Counted from the stretch's first letter, positions 15,980 to 26,874 are shown. The stretch: 45,151 nt of DNA from Pirellulales bacterium (GCA_044346905.1 JBIIYH010000002.1:1-45151); one strand, 5' to 3'. Program-made: numbers and translations. The notes: a model not told the origin generated them from the letters alone.

Positions 15980-17908
15980 ATGCCTCCGTTACGATACCCC
16001 GGCCGCTGCAACCCTGCGACGGCCCACTCTGAACTCCGCGAGAATCCGATGCCGTCTCAGCCCCCAGCCCAGGCCCGGTCGGGCTCCCGTCGCAGCCGGC
16101 CAGACGCCGTCGGCGGCCGCAACCCCGCCGCCGACGAGTCGGCGACCGCGCCGCCCGCGGCAGCGAGCCTGCCGGCACCGCGGGTGAAGCGGGCACTGGC
16201 CGCGCGGCGGATCCGTGCGCTGGCCGACGTGGCGAGCACCCTGGGGATTCGCGACCGGCTCCGGCGGCTGGGTGACCGCGTCGCCAAGGGCGCCGGCGAC
16301 CCTCAGCGGGCCGAGTTCATCGAGACGGCGATCGCCGAGTGCCTCGACGATGCACCCGCCGCGCCTCCGGCCGATCGCTGGCTGGCCTGCGAAGCCGCCG
16401 CGTGGGCGCTTGCCTGGATGGCGCGGGCCCGACGGGCGGGAGGCTCGGCAGGCGGCCTGCTCGAGCGACTCGTGGGCGAGGCCCGGTCAGCCGAGCCGCT
16501 CTTGGCCGCAGGCGACACGCTGCCGGCGAGGTTCGTGCTCGGCCTAGCGCGGCTGTTTCGCGACATCGAGGCCTGCCGCCGGCTCGAGCCGGCGGCCGCC
16601 GCCGCAGTGACCGCCGAGATCGAGCGGCTCACGTCGGTGGATGGCATCGTCACGGTGGCCGGTGGCGGGTCGATCGTCGAGCGGGTCGTCCGGTGGACGA
16701 TGATTCGCGACGTCGCGACGGCCACGGGCGAGCCGGCCTGGAACGAAGCCGTCGATCGCCGCTGGCAGGACGCGGCCACGAGTGCCATGCGGCTCTTGGG
16801 CGACGACGGCCGACGAGTCGCCGCCGGTGGTCTGATGCCGGCGGGATTCACCGCGCCGCTGCTGGCAGTCGCGGCGGAGTTGGGTGGGCGACGGAAGCGG
16901 ACGATGGAGGCCGTGGGCCGCTGCCGCTCGGCCCCCGGAAAGCCCGGCCACTTCATCCGCCGCGACCTGCACGACGCCGCGGCGGCCGTCGCGATCATGC
17001 GCACGGGCTGGGAGCGGGGCAGTCTCCGGGTGCTTGTCGACTACCGGCAGGCCGTGCCCCATCTCGAGATCGCCGCCGGCGACCGGCTGCTGGTCGATGG
17101 CCCGTGGGACTGGAGCGTGTCCTCTGCCGGCGAGGCGTGCGGCGTGGCAGGCCCCTGGACGGCGTCGTGCTGGGAGTCAGATCGGCAGGCGACGTTTCTG
17201 GAGATCACCACTCCGCTGGCAGGTGGACGGCAGTTCGAGCGGCAGGTGGTGCTCCTGCCGCGGGAGCGGGTCGTGGTGCTGGCTGACGCCGTGACCCAGC
17301 TCGGCGGGGCTGACGCCGTGACCCAGCTCGGCGGGGCTGACGCCGTGACCCAGCTCGGCGGGGCTGACGCCGTGACCGCGAACGCCGCGGTGGGGGTGAA
17401 CGGCCGGCATGGTGACCACCAGCCGACACCACTGCGGTATCAGTCCACGGTGCGGCTCGCTCAGGGACTCGACACCGACCTGGCCGAGGAGACCCGCGAG
17501 GCGATCGTGTTCGATACCCGGATGCGGCTGATGGCGCTGCCGCTGGCGTTGCCCGAGTGGAGGGTCGGCCGGGGCGGCAGCCTCGACCGCACCGCGGACG
17601 GCCTGACGCTGGTGCAGGAGTCGGCCGGGCGCCGGCTCTATGCCCCGCTGTGGCTTGACTGCGATGCTGCCCGGATCGGCCAGCCGCTCACCTGGCGGCA
17701 GCTGACCGTGGCCGACACCAGGATCAATCTCCCGGCCTGGCAGGCGGCCGGTTTTCGCGTGCAGTCGGGGCAGGAGCAGTGGCTGCTCTATCGCTCCCTC
17801 GACGCGGCCCGGAATCGCACGCTGCTGGGCTGCAACGTCTCGTGCGAGTTTCTGCTGGGCCGGATCCGGCCCCGCGGCACCGTCAAGCGGGTGCTGGAGA
17901 TCCAGTGA
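15980..17908 (+). CDS. Hypothetical protein, heparinase II/III-like architecture (tentative), carrying an in-frame 9-aa tandem repeat
   Basis: ORF track 15980-17908; an alternative start is ATG 16049. A helical N-terminal half is followed by a beta-rich C-terminal half with 'HLEIAAGDRLLVDGPWDW' and 'RQVVLLPRERVVVLADAV' patterns reminiscent of the heparinase II/III C-terminal domain. The function is not secure. Confidence 0.55.
   Translation: MPPLRYPGRCNPATAHSELRENPMPSQPPAQARSGSRRSRPDAVGGRNPAADESATAPPAAASLPAPRVKRALAARRIRALADVASTLGIRDRLRRLGDRVAKGAGDPQRAEFIETAIAECLDDAPAAPPADRWLACEAAAWALAWMARARRAGGSAGGLLERLVGEARSAEPLLAAGDTLPARFVLGLARLFRDIEACRRLEPAAAAAVTAEIERLTSVDGIVTVAGGGSIVERVVRWTMIRDVATATGEPAWNEAVDRRWQDAATSAMRLLGDDGRRVAAGGLMPAGFTAPLLAVAAELGGRRKRTMEAVGRCRSAPGKPGHFIRRDLHDAAAAVAIMRTGWERGSLRVLVDYRQAVPHLEIAAGDRLLVDGPWDWSVSSAGEACGVAGPWTASCWESDRQATFLEITTPLAGGRQFERQVVLLPRERVVVLADAVTQLGGADAVTQLGGADAVTQLGGADAVTANAAVGVNGRHGDHQPTPLRYQSTVRLAQGLDTDLAEETREAIVFDTRMRLMALPLALPEWRVGRGGSLDRTADGLTLVQESAGRRLYAPLWLDCDAARIGQPLTWRQLTVADTRINLPAWQAAGFRVQSGQEQWLLYRSLDAARNRTLLGCNVSCEFLLGRIRPRGTVKRVLEIQ
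17282..17377 (+). repeat. In-frame 27-bp tandem repeat (3 full units + 15-bp partial) encoding (ADAVTQLGG)3-ADAVT
   Basis: GCTGACGCCGTGACCCAGCTCGGCGGG occurs at 17282-17308, 17309-17335 and 17336-17362 as perfect copies. A partial copy lies at 17363-17377. The frame was verified against the ORF-track translation. Confidence 0.9.
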
Positions 17909-18657
17909 ACGCGACCGATGCCGAGCCGGGCGACGCCCCGCGACGTGACCGGATCGGCAGCAACGTCGCGGAGGTTCGCGAGCGAATCGCCGCGGCCTGC
18001 CGGCAGGCGGGCCGCGAGCCAGAGAGCGTGCGGCTGGTCGCGGTCACGAAATACGTCGCGGCCGACGTCACCCGGCTCGTACTCGAGGCGGGCCTCGCCG
18101 ATCTGGCCGAGAGCCGCCCGCAGGCGGTCTGGGCGAAGGCGGCGGCACTCGCCACGGCGGAACCAGCGGCTCGCTGGCACCTGATCGGCCATCTGCAGCG
18201 CAACAAGGTTCGTCGCACGCTCCCGCTGCTCGCCATGCTCCACACGCTCGACAGTCTCCGGTTGCTCGAGGCGATCGCGCAGGAGACTGCCGGCGAAGGG
18301 GCGGCCGGCCAGGCGGTCTGCGAGGTGCTCGTGGAAGTGAATCTGACGGCCGATCCCGGCCGCTCGGGCCTCGCGGTCACGGACGTGCCCGCGGTCGTGC
18401 GAGCGGCGGCGGCGGCGCCGGGAGTCCGGCTCCGGGGCCTGATGGGCATGGCAGGCCACCCCGACGCGGCGGCCGCAGACGCCCGCCGCGACTTCGCCCG
18501 CCTGCGGGAGTTGCGGAACGAGCTCGCGGCGACGCTCCCCGACCCGGGCCTGCTGGCCGAGCTCTCGATGGGCATGAGCGGCGACTTCGAGGCGGCGATT
18601 CTCGAGGGGGCGACGATCGTGCGGATCGGGTCAGCGCTGTTCGAGGGAATCGAGTAG
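17905..18657 (+). CDS. yggS: YggS-family pyridoxal-phosphate homeostasis protein
   Basis: GTG start at 17905 overlaps the upstream stop (GTGA). Motifs: LVAVTKY (PLP Lys), WHLIGHLQRNK, SMGMSGDFEAAI. Confidence 0.85.
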   Translation: MNATDAEPGDAPRRDRIGSNVAEVRERIAAACRQAGREPESVRLVAVTKYVAADVTRLVLEAGLADLAESRPQAVWAKAAALATAEPAARWHLIGHLQRNKVRRTLPLLAMLHTLDSLRLLEAIAQETAGEGAAGQAVCEVLVEVNLTADPGRSGLAVTDVPAVVRAAAAAPGVRLRGLMGMAGHPDAAAADARRDFARLRELRNELAATLPDPGLLAELSMGMSGDFEAAILEGATIVRIGSALFEGIE

Positions 18658-18663
18658 CCGGAA

Positions 18664-18749
18664 AAAATCCGGGCCGGGAGCGGATTTCCCAGCTCAGAGG
18701 AGCCGGCCCGATGACTGACTAACCGAAATCCGCTCCCGGCCCGGATTTT
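18664..18749. terminator. Bidirectional intrinsic terminator candidate: 25-bp perfect stem, 36-nt loop
   Basis: AAAATCCGGGCCGGGAGCGGATTTC (18664-18688) is the exact reverse complement of 18725-18749. It lies between convergent yggS (stop 18655-18657) and greA (stop 18750-18752). An A-run flanks the left side and a T-run the right side, giving U-tracts on both transcripts. Confidence 0.6.
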
Positions 18750-19226
18750 CTAGTCCAGCCGGACTTCGAGGATCTCGTACTTGAGCGTGCCGGCGGGCAC
18801 GTCGATCGACACGGTCTCTCCGACCTTGCGGCCCAGGAAGCCCTGCGCGAGCGGGCTGGCGACGTTGATCCGGCCGGCGTCGAAATCCTCCTCGCCGGCG
18901 CCGACGAGCACATACTCCTCCTCGTCACCGAACTTGAGATCCTTGACCCGGATCGTGGCTCCGAAGACGACCTCGCCGGTCGATTCCTTGGGCCGCTCGA
19001 CGATCACTGCCCGGGCCAGCTTGTCCCGCAGCAGGTTGATCTTCGCCTGGAGCATGCCCTGGCTCTCGCGGGCGCCGTGGTATTCGGCGTTCTCGCTCAG
19101 GTCGCCCTCGCTCCGGGCCGCCGCCACCCGCTGGGCGAGCTTCGGCATTTCCACCGTCTCGAGTTCGTCCACCTCGGCCTTGAGCTTGTCGTAGCCGGAC
19201 CTTGTCATGGGAATGCGGTCTGACAT
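18750..19226 (-). CDS. greA: Transcription elongation factor GreA
   Basis: 158 aa. MTRSGYDKLKAEVDEL...EGDLSENAEYHGARE...VASPLAQGFLGRKVGE is the canonical GreA pattern. Confidence 0.9.
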   Translation of the reverse strand: MSDRIPMTRSGYDKLKAEVDELETVEMPKLAQRVAAARSEGDLSENAEYHGARESQGMLQAKINLLRDKLARAVIVERPKESTGEVVFGATIRVKDLKFGDEEEYVLVGAGEEDFDAGRINVASPLAQGFLGRKVGETVSIDVPAGTLKYEILEVRLD

Positions 19227-19330
19227 GAAGGGGAACTCCCGCGGGATACCGAGACTCGAGAAAAGGAAACTGGGGGGAAAACTGGACGACGCGGCGGAGC
19301 CGAGGGCCCGCCGGCAGAGACCTGCCGGCG

Positions 19331-20053
19331 TCAGGCCAGGGTGGCCGACTCGGGCGTGTAGAGCAGCCTGCCACAGCTGCGACAGGTGACGATCCGGCCG
19401 GCGAGCAGCTCCGAGAGCTGGTTGCTCGTGATCTGCTGGTGGCAGCCGCCGCAGTCACGCCCCTCGGCGGCGGCCATCCCATCGGCGCCCTTGTGCCGCA
19501 CGGCCCGCAGGTATTTTTCCCGCAGGTCATCGGCCAACTCGGGCTCGAGGGTCGCCAACTCTCCGCTGATCCGGGCCACCTCGCCCTCGAGTTGCGCCGC
19601 CTCTTCTGCCACTCGCGCCTGTTCGTCGGCCAGCTTCTTCCGGGCCGCGGCGATGCTCTCCTCGGCCGCCGGCACCGCCGGCTTGAGCCCGTCGATCCGC
19701 TCGAGGGCCTCGAGGATCTCGTCTTCCAGCACCTTGGTGGCCATCCGATCGGCCGCGATCTGGTCGCGGAACAACTGGTATTCCTTGTTGCTCTTGGAGG
19801 CATTGAGCTTTGCCTCGAGATCGACGAGCTTGGCCTCGGCGGTCTTGAGCTGGAGCTGTTTGCGATCGGCCGCGAGGCGGGTCTGCACGACCGCCTCCTT
19901 GGCGGCGTCACGCTGGCCTTCGGCATGCGTCACCGCGGCGGAGAGCACGGCGACCCGGCGCGGACCAGCGGCCAGGCGGCCGCGGAGATCCTCCAGTTGC
20001 CGGTGCATCCGGTGGAGGGTCCGCAGCGTTCCGGTGGCGATGGCGACGGGCAT
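19331..20053 (-). CDS. Coiled-coil protein with C-terminal C4 zinc ribbon (COG1579-like)
   Basis: Trimmed to ATG 20053 (MPVAIATG...). A long coiled coil is followed by CGGCHQQI...TCRSCGRLLY. Confidence 0.75.
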   Translation of the reverse strand: MPVAIATGTLRTLHRMHRQLEDLRGRLAAGPRRVAVLSAAVTHAEGQRDAAKEAVVQTRLAADRKQLQLKTAEAKLVDLEAKLNASKSNKEYQLFRDQIAADRMATKVLEDEILEALERIDGLKPAVPAAEESIAAARKKLADEQARVAEEAAQLEGEVARISGELATLEPELADDLREKYLRAVRHKGADGMAAAEGRDCGGCHQQITSNQLSELLAGRIVTCRSCGRLLYTPESATLA

Positions 20054-20141
20054 GGTGATCTCCGGTGGGGCGGATGGTTCCGCCCCACCGAAGAGTGTAC
20101 CACAGCCGATCCGCCTGGCCACGGGCCCGCAGGTCGGGGCG

Positions 20142-21872
20142 TCAGCCCTGGCCGCTGCCGATGAAGTTTTCCAACTGCCGCGACCGGACCGGGTGCTGGA
20201 GCTTCTTGACCGCCTTGGCCTCGATCTGCCGGACCCGCTCGCGGGTGACGCGGAAGATCCGGCCGACCTCCTCGAGCGTGTAGGTGTAGCCGTCGGTCAG
20301 ACCGTAGCGCAGCCGGATGATCTCCCGCTCGCGGTAGGTGAGCGTCTTCAAGAGCGAGTCGATCCGGTCCCGCAGCAGGCCGTGGGTCGTCGACTGGGTC
20401 GGACTCACCCCGCCGACATCCTCGACGAACTCGCTGAAGCTCGCGTCCTCGCTCTCCCCCACCGGCCGGTCGAGGCTCATGGGCTGGCGGCCCATCTCCA
20501 TCACCCGGCGGGCCTCCTCGACCGGCACGTCGGCCACCTCCGCCACCTCCTCAGGACTCGGCTCGCGGCCGAGCTCGTGGAGCAGCTTCTTGGCCGTGGT
20601 CCGCAGCTTGGAGAGCACGTCGATCATGTGGACCGGGATCCGGATCGTGCGGGCCTGGTCGGCGATCGCCCGGGTGATCGCCTGCCGGATCCACCAGGTG
20701 GCGTAGGTCGAGAACTTGAAGCCGCGGCGATACTCGTATTTATCCACCGCCCGCATCAGCCCGGTGTTGCCCTCCTGGATCAAGTCGAGGAACGACAACC
20801 CGCGGTTGCGATACTTCTTGGCGATCGAGACCACCAGCCGGAGATTGGCCGCCGACAGGTTTCGCTTGGCCAGCTCGTACTCCTCGCGGAGCTTGTCGAG
20901 CATTCCCACGCGGGTCCGGAGCGACCGCGGGCTCTCGAGCGTGGTGAGCATCAGGTCGCGGAGTTCCTTCCGCATGTCGGCCAGGTCGTCGCACGACCGC
21001 TCGCCCGCCTTCATCGCCCTGACCTCGCGCTGGAGCGTGTCCATCCGGACCGACATGCCCCGCAGGATCTTGACGAGCGGCTGCACCCGGCGGGTCCGCA
21101 GCGACAACTCCTCCACCAGGATCAGCGACTTGGCGCGGCTGCGGCGAAACCGCTCCCGGGCCGCCTTGCCCTCGGCGGCGGTGGTCCGCCGGCTGATCAG
21201 GCGGCGGAAGTCGTCCCGGCTGCCGGCCATCAGCCGGTCGAGCGTGCCGAGGTTGTGGGGCATCCGAGCCTGGATCTGCTCCTTGGTGAGCCGCTCGGTC
21301 AGCGAGACCTTGATGGTGCGATCGAAGGGCAGATTCCCTTCGTGCACCTTGCGCAGCGTGTCGACGGTGGCCTGCAGCGAGTAGGCACAGCCGAGCACGG
21401 CCCGGCGGAACCGCTTGCGGGTCACTTCGATCCGCTTGGCGAGTGAGATCTCCTCGCGGCGGGTCAGCAGCGGAATCTCCGCCATCTGGGCCAGATACAT
21501 CCGGATCGGGTCGTTGGCGGCGTTGGACGGCGGCGTGGTGATCGCCTCGTCGCGACGCGGCTTGGCGGGCGCGGCAGCCACCGTCGCGGCGACTGCCTCC
21601 GCGGGCTCGGGCGGCGAATCCACCAGTTCGATCCCCTTTTCCTCGAGCGCAACAAGCAGCGCGTCGATCTTCTCGGGATCGACCGCCTCGTCGGGCAGGT
21701 ACTCGTTGACCTGATCGAAGGTCAGGTAGCCGAGCGAGGTGCCCAACTCCATGAGCCGGGCCAGATCGGTGCCGCTGCCCGCCGGCAACTCGGCCGAGGC
21801 TGCCGCATCGGGCGGAGCCGCAGGGGTCGAAGCGGGCACGGGGCGGTTGGAACGATGCACGGGCTTGGTCAT
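20142..21872 (-). CDS. rpoD: Primary RNA polymerase sigma-70 factor RpoD
   Basis: Trimmed to ATG 21872 with an AAGGAG 9 nt upstream. Region 2 [17 protein letters not shown], region 3, and region 4.2 [27 protein letters not shown]. It lies directly downstream of dnaG. Confidence 0.9.
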   Translation of the reverse strand: MTKPVHRSNRPVPASTPAAPPDAAASAELPAGSGTDLARLMELGTSLGYLTFDQVNEYLPDEAVDPEKIDALLVALEEKGIELVDSPPEPAEAVAATVAAAPAKPRRDEAITTPPSNAANDPIRMYLAQMAEIPLLTRREEISLAKRIEVTRKRFRRAVLGCAYSLQATVDTLRKVHEGNLPFDRTIKVSLTERLTKEQIQARMPHNLGTLDRLMAGSRDDFRRLISRRTTAAEGKAARERFRRSRAKSLILVEELSLRTRRVQPLVKILRGMSVRMDTLQREVRAMKAGERSCDDLADMRKELRDLMLTTLESPRSLRTRVGMLDKLREEYELAKRNLSAANLRLVVSIAKKYRNRGLSFLDLIQEGNTGLMRAVDKYEYRRGFKFSTYATWWIRQAITRAIADQARTIRIPVHMIDVLSKLRTTAKKLLHELGREPSPEEVAEVADVPVEEARRVMEMGRQPMSLDRPVGESEDASFSEFVEDVGGVSPTQSTTHGLLRDRIDSLLKTLTYREREIIRLRYGLTDGYTYTLEEVGRIFRVTRERVRQIEAKAVKKLQHPVRSRQLENFIGSGQG

Positions 21873-21961
21873 CTCGAGGTTCTCCTTCACCTTACCATCG
21901 TCACTCGCACGCCGCCCCCCGGTGCGCGATCGCACCGACTGCAACGACGAGGTGGGCACCC

Positions 21962-23800
21962 TCACCCTTCCTTGGGTTCGGACATGCCCTGGGCGGCCCG
22001 CCGCTGGGCGACGAGCCGTTCCAAGAGTTCAGCCTCCGACTGGGAATCGAGCCGGGATGTCTTGATCGCCCGGGCGCTGGCCCGGGCATGGGCCGAGGCC
22101 GCGCGGCGGCGGAGCGCGTCGGCCAGGTGGCCGATCCGTTCGGCCGGCTCGAGCGGCCCGCGGGCGGCCCGCTCCTCGTCCACGGCGACCAGCAGGCTCT
22201 GGAGCGCGGGATCGGGAAGTTCGAGGAGCAGCTCGGGCAGCCCGACGGGCCGGCCCGCCGCCCCGAGGCGGCGGGCCGCCTCGACGACGGCCCTGCCCTC
22301 GCGGCTGTCGAGATCGGCCGGATCGACCTCGCGGATCACGAGCCCAGCCCCCTCGGGAACGCCGACGAGCACCTCGAGCACTTCGCGGTCCCAGGCCGGC
22401 AGCCGCGGCGCCTGAGCCGGACGGCTTCCCCCGGCCGGCAGGGCTGCGGGCTTTCGCTTGCCCCGCAACTCCAGGAGCCGGCCCCGCAGCACGTCGCGGG
22501 AGAGACCGAATCGCCGCTCCAGCCGGCCGAGCACCCGATCCTCCCGCAGTCGCCGCTCGGAGCCGTCGAGCGCGGAGCCGCCGGCCGCGGCCAGCGCATT
22601 GAGCACGCTCTCAACCGCCGCCAGGGCCGCGTCGTCTCCGGCATCGGCCGGCAGCGCGGCGAGCGCCTCGTCCATCCGGTAGTCGAGCGGGTCCACGGCG
22701 GCGGCCATGATCGCCTCGAAGGCGTCGCGGCCATGAGCCACGACATAATCGCAGGGATCGACGCCGGCCGGCAGCCGGGCGATCCGGAGGTCGATCGGCT
22801 CGGAGAGCAACAGCCCCAGGATCTCGTTGGCACGCCGCCGCCCCGCGTCGTCGCCGTCGAGCACGAGCACGACACGATCGGCATACCGCCGCAGCAGTTT
22901 GGCGTGCCGCTCGCCGAGCGCCGTTCCCAAGACGGCCACCACGTCGCCGCAGCCGGCCTGCCGGGCGGCGAGGCAGTCGGTGTAGCCCTCCACGACCACC
23001 GCCCGCCCCGAGGCGGCCATCGCCTCCCGGGCCGAGTCGAGGCCGTAGAGCATCGAGCTTTTGGAGAACAAGGCCGTCTCGGGGGAGTTGACGTATTTGG
23101 CGGCCTCGACTCGGGCTCCTGGCAGCACCCGGCCGCCGAAGGCCACGCAGCGGCCGAGCGGATCGCGAATCGGAAACATCACCCGGCCGCGGAACCGGTC
23201 GTAGTGCCCCGGGCGATCCTCCCGCTTGACGACGAGGCCCGTCCGCTCGAGCAGGGCGACGGGCACCCCCGCGGTCGCCGCCTGCCGCAGGAGCCAGTCC
23301 CACGACTCGGGCGCGAACCCCACGCCGAACCGCTCGAGCGTCGCGGCCTCGAGCCCCCGGCCGGCCAGATACTCGCGGGCCACCGCGGCGCCGGGATCGG
23401 CCTGCAGGCAGTCGCGAAACCGCGCCGCCGCCCAGTCGAGCGTCCGCCAAAGCGCGGCCCGATCATCGGCCGGAAGCCCACTCTTGCCGCGGGGCAGGCT
23501 GATGCCGGCCCGGTCGGCGAGTTGCTCGAGCGCCTCGCGAAACTCGAGCCGCTCCATCCGCATCACGAAGTTGAACACGTCGCCGCCGACGTCGCAGACC
23601 CAGCAGCGGTAGGTCTGCCGCTCGGGATTGACCTGCAGGCTGGGCCGCGAGTCGTCGTGCCAAGGGCAGAGCCCCACGAAGCCCTTGCCCGCCCGCCGCA
23701 GCGCCATGTAGGAACCCACCAAGTCGACGATGTCGACGGCCTCGCGGATGCGCTCCTTGAGGTCGTCGCGACCAATCGGTGAAGCGGGTTGCGAAGACAA
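21962..23800 (-). CDS. dnaG: DNA primase DnaG
   Basis: 612 aa. Zinc finger [40 protein letters not shown] motifs [11 protein letters not shown] and [12 protein letters not shown]. Confidence 0.9.
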   Translation of the reverse strand: MSSQPASPIGRDDLKERIREAVDIVDLVGSYMALRRAGKGFVGLCPWHDDSRPSLQVNPERQTYRCWVCDVGGDVFNFVMRMERLEFREALEQLADRAGISLPRGKSGLPADDRAALWRTLDWAAARFRDCLQADPGAAVAREYLAGRGLEAATLERFGVGFAPESWDWLLRQAATAGVPVALLERTGLVVKREDRPGHYDRFRGRVMFPIRDPLGRCVAFGGRVLPGARVEAAKYVNSPETALFSKSSMLYGLDSAREAMAASGRAVVVEGYTDCLAARQAGCGDVVAVLGTALGERHAKLLRRYADRVVLVLDGDDAGRRRANEILGLLLSEPIDLRIARLPAGVDPCDYVVAHGRDAFEAIMAAAVDPLDYRMDEALAALPADAGDDAALAAVESVLNALAAAGGSALDGSERRLREDRVLGRLERRFGLSRDVLRGRLLELRGKRKPAALPAGGSRPAQAPRLPAWDREVLEVLVGVPEGAGLVIREVDPADLDSREGRAVVEAARRLGAAGRPVGLPELLLELPDPALQSLLVAVDEERAARGPLEPAERIGHLADALRRRAASAHARASARAIKTSRLDSQSEAELLERLVAQRRAAQGMSEPKEG

Positions 23801-23995
23801 GGGGTTGACCCGGGGTGAGCGGCTTGTCGGAGCGGGTCTCCGAATGAACTCCGGCGCAATCTATGACCGGCCGAAAAAGGGGTCAACGCCACTCACGACC
23901 CCCGCAAACCGCCCACCTTGCCAGGGCCTCCGGGGAAGCGGGGCGCATCTTCCCCCCGGGTCGCGTTGGGGGGCTTCGAGGGGCGAATTTTCGCG

Positions 23996-26779
23996 TCAGC
24001 GTGTGAAGCGGGGGTCCTTGGGATTGCCCCGCGACAGCGTGTAGGCGAGCAGGTCGAGCACCTCCTGCTCGTTCAGCTGATCGAGCAGGCCGGCGGGCAT
24101 CAGCGAGGTGGGCGAGGCCGTGATCTCCTCGATCTCGGATCGCGGCACGCGGACGAATCTGGTCGCATCCTCGGGGTCGGTCACGACCGTGACTGCAGCG
24201 GTGTCTTCGGCCACGATCCGCCCCGTGTGTACCTTGCCAGCCGCCGTCTGCACGATGCTCGCCTTGTATTGATCCGACACGATCCGGCTCGGCTCCACGA
24301 TCGCCTCGACGAGATCCTTGAGCTGGAACCGGCCGCCGGCCTGCGTGAGGTCGGGGCCGGTGGCGCCTCCGTCCGCGCCGAACCGGTGACAGACGATGCA
24401 CCGGGCCGCGGCAAAGGCCCGGCGGCCCTGCTCGAAGTCGCGGCTGCCCCCGCTCATGCCCTTCTCGGCGGCGGCGAGCACCTCCTCCACCGACCACTTC
24501 CGGCCGGGACCGACCGGCTGGGGCAGCGGCGGCGGCACGTAGGGCTTGCGGATGCCGAGCGTTTCGAGAGCGAGCTTCTCGTTTTCGGTCATCCCCGCCA
24601 GGCTCTCCGTCTCGATGTTGGCGAGGAACTTGTGGAAGCTGTTGCCGCCAGCCCAGTCGCTCGCGCCGGCGAACCACCCGTAGTAGGCCTTGCGGTCGGC
24701 GGCCCTCCACATCGGCGAGCCGGGCAGGTCACGGAGCGTCCGCAGCGCGTAGGCATAGTGGATCTGAAGCAGGTCGCTCCGCTTCTCGAGCGAGGCCCGC
24801 ACCGCGGAGCCGTACCCGGCGTTCCGCTCGATCAGTCGCCGGAGGTCGCCCTCGTCGGGGGCCAGGTTCGTACCGCCGGCGGTCTCGGTGGGCTTCGTGA
24901 GTTGGGCGGTGAGCTTGCCGACGATGCCCGGGGCCCGCACGGCCACGAGCAGGCTGGCCAGCTCCCGGTCGAGATCGGCGTTGCCCGAGGGAAACAGCGG
25001 CAGGAATCGCTCAGCGATCGCCCCGGCCGCCTCCGGCAACGGGGCCCCGAGCCGGATCAGGGCCAGTTGGTAGGCCCGCACGAGCCCGAGCCGGTCGGCA
25101 GGCGAAAGGCCCTGGAGTTCGACGGCGGCGAGCGCCGCGAGCACCGCCGACTGGGCAGCGGGCTCCGCCTGCCGGGCCACGGCGATCGCTCCCTCGATCA
25201 CGGCCAACGGCTGTGGGCCGGCCAGCGCCCGCGCCTGCCAGAGTTCGAGCGGCTGGTGCTCGAGGGCCAGCCGCGCGGCGTAACGGATGAAGCGATCAGG
25301 ATGCCCGAGCAGCGGCAACGCCTTGGCGACCGCCGCGGCCGGATCCTCGGCCCGGCGGTGGCAGGTCTCCAGGTCCCGCCGCAACTGCCGCTCCGCGGCC
25401 CCCCGCTGATCGTGGGCATCCACAGCTGCCGTCGGCTCGGGCCCTTGGTAGGTGACGCGATAGAGCTCGCTCTGGCCGCCGCGGCCGCCGACCGTGAAAT
25501 ACATCGCCCCGTCGCGACCGACGACCGCATCGGTCAAGGGCAGCGGCGTCCGCGAGACGAACTCCTCCTTGGTGCCAGTGTAGGTCGAGCCGGCCGGCTC
25601 GAGGTGGAGCGCATACATCGTGCCGAACGTCCAGTCGCAGACATACAGCGCCCGCTGATACTTCGCGGGAAACCTCGCCCCGTAGCCGAAGCAGACGCCG
25701 ACCGGCGAGCCGGGCCCGATGTCCACCAGGGCCGGAAGACTGTCGGCATAGAACGCGGGCCACTTCGCGGTGCCGCTCCGCCAGCCGAGCTCACTGCCGC
25801 TGGTGGCATGGTTGACGCGGGTGGGGCGATACCAGGGCGTGCCGAAGTCCCACTCCATGTCGGCGTCGTAGGCGAACAGCTCCCCATCGGCGTTGAAGGC
25901 GAAGTCGTAGGCATTGCGGTAGCCGGCGCTCCAGACCTCCCAGGTCTTGCCCTCGGGGTCGGTGCTGACGATGAAGCCACCCGGCGCCAGGATGCCCGCG
26001 GCATGGCCATTAGCGTCCCACATCCTGGGGATGATCACGTCCTCGTCCCAGTTGGCCGGCAGCCGGCTGTCGCTGTCCGGCGCCAGTTCCACTCGCCGCT
26101 GCGTCTCACGGATGCCTCCCATGGTCTGCGGCGGGGTGACGTTCGTGACCGCGAACGGCAGTTTCGTGTGGTTGCCGCAGATCACGAACAGCCGCTTCCC
26201 ATCGGGTGAAAGCAGGATGTTGTGCGGCCCGTGCTCGCCGCCGCCGTCGAAGGCCCGTAGCTTTTCGACCTTGTCGGGCAGCTCGTCGCCGTCGGAGTCG
26301 GTGACGCGATACAGGCCGCTGCCGGTGCCTCCGTTGCACACGACATACAACGCGTCGAAGGCCCAGAGCAGGCCCTGGGCGCCGGTGATCGGCACGGGAA
26401 GCTTCTCGACGATCGTCTCCCCGGAGCCGTCGAGCGGGGCGGGGCTGATCCGGACGAGCCCCTTGTCCCCCTGATCGCTCGCAATCAGCCGCCCCTCTGG
26501 ATCCACTGCCAGCGACACCCATGACCCGAGTTCGTCGCGGGGCACCACGAACAACCGTTCGACCACGAAGCCCGGCGGCACGGCGAACGGCTGCTCGGCG
26601 GCCGCGGTCTGGCCCGCCACCGGCATCCGCTCCGCCGGCTGAGACCAGCGGGCCGGACCGGCGACCGGCGCGGCCGCGGCGAGGGCCGTGAGCGCGAGCC
26701 CGCCCAGGGCTACGCAGACGCCGGCGCTCCGGCGGTAGGAGTTGGGACGAATCCAACACAATGGACTCTGCAGGCTCAT
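23996..26779 (-). CDS. Secreted beta-propeller dehydrogenase-like / HEAT-repeat / cytochrome c fusion protein (planctomycete 'membrane-bound dehydrogenase' type)
   Basis: Start chosen at ATG 26779, which has a GGAGG 7 nt upstream (the ORF-track start is 26803). It has a signal peptide, a propeller-like N-terminal half, helical repeats, and a C-terminal heme-c site AARCIVCHRFGADGGATGPDL. Confidence 0.8.
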   Translation of the reverse strand: MSLQSPLCWIRPNSYRRSAGVCVALGGLALTALAAAAPVAGPARWSQPAERMPVAGQTAAAEQPFAVPPGFVVERLFVVPRDELGSWVSLAVDPEGRLIASDQGDKGLVRISPAPLDGSGETIVEKLPVPITGAQGLLWAFDALYVVCNGGTGSGLYRVTDSDGDELPDKVEKLRAFDGGGEHGPHNILLSPDGKRLFVICGNHTKLPFAVTNVTPPQTMGGIRETQRRVELAPDSDSRLPANWDEDVIIPRMWDANGHAAGILAPGGFIVSTDPEGKTWEVWSAGYRNAYDFAFNADGELFAYDADMEWDFGTPWYRPTRVNHATSGSELGWRSGTAKWPAFYADSLPALVDIGPGSPVGVCFGYGARFPAKYQRALYVCDWTFGTMYALHLEPAGSTYTGTKEEFVSRTPLPLTDAVVGRDGAMYFTVGGRGGQSELYRVTYQGPEPTAAVDAHDQRGAAERQLRRDLETCHRRAEDPAAAVAKALPLLGHPDRFIRYAARLALEHQPLELWQARALAGPQPLAVIEGAIAVARQAEPAAQSAVLAALAAVELQGLSPADRLGLVRAYQLALIRLGAPLPEAAGAIAERFLPLFPSGNADLDRELASLLVAVRAPGIVGKLTAQLTKPTETAGGTNLAPDEGDLRRLIERNAGYGSAVRASLEKRSDLLQIHYAYALRTLRDLPGSPMWRAADRKAYYGWFAGASDWAGGNSFHKFLANIETESLAGMTENEKLALETLGIRKPYVPPPLPQPVGPGRKWSVEEVLAAAEKGMSGGSRDFEQGRRAFAAARCIVCHRFGADGGATGPDLTQAGGRFQLKDLVEAIVEPSRIVSDQYKASIVQTAAGKVHTGRIVAEDTAAVTVVTDPEDATRFVRVPRSEIEEITASPTSLMPAGLLDQLNEQEVLDLLAYTLSRGNPKDPRFTR

Positions 26780-26874
26780 CAATGCCTCCCTCACGCAGAT
26801 CATAATCCGGGCACAGACACCGAAAACTCGCCCCGCCGGCGGCCCGGTCCACTGGGGATCACGGATTGACGGCG

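Noticed and set aside
23931-23957. The GGGGAAG...CTTCCCC hairpin downstream of the dehydrogenase gene as a terminator
   Set aside because: It has only a 7-bp stem and no U-tract on the relevant strand, so I did not annotate it.
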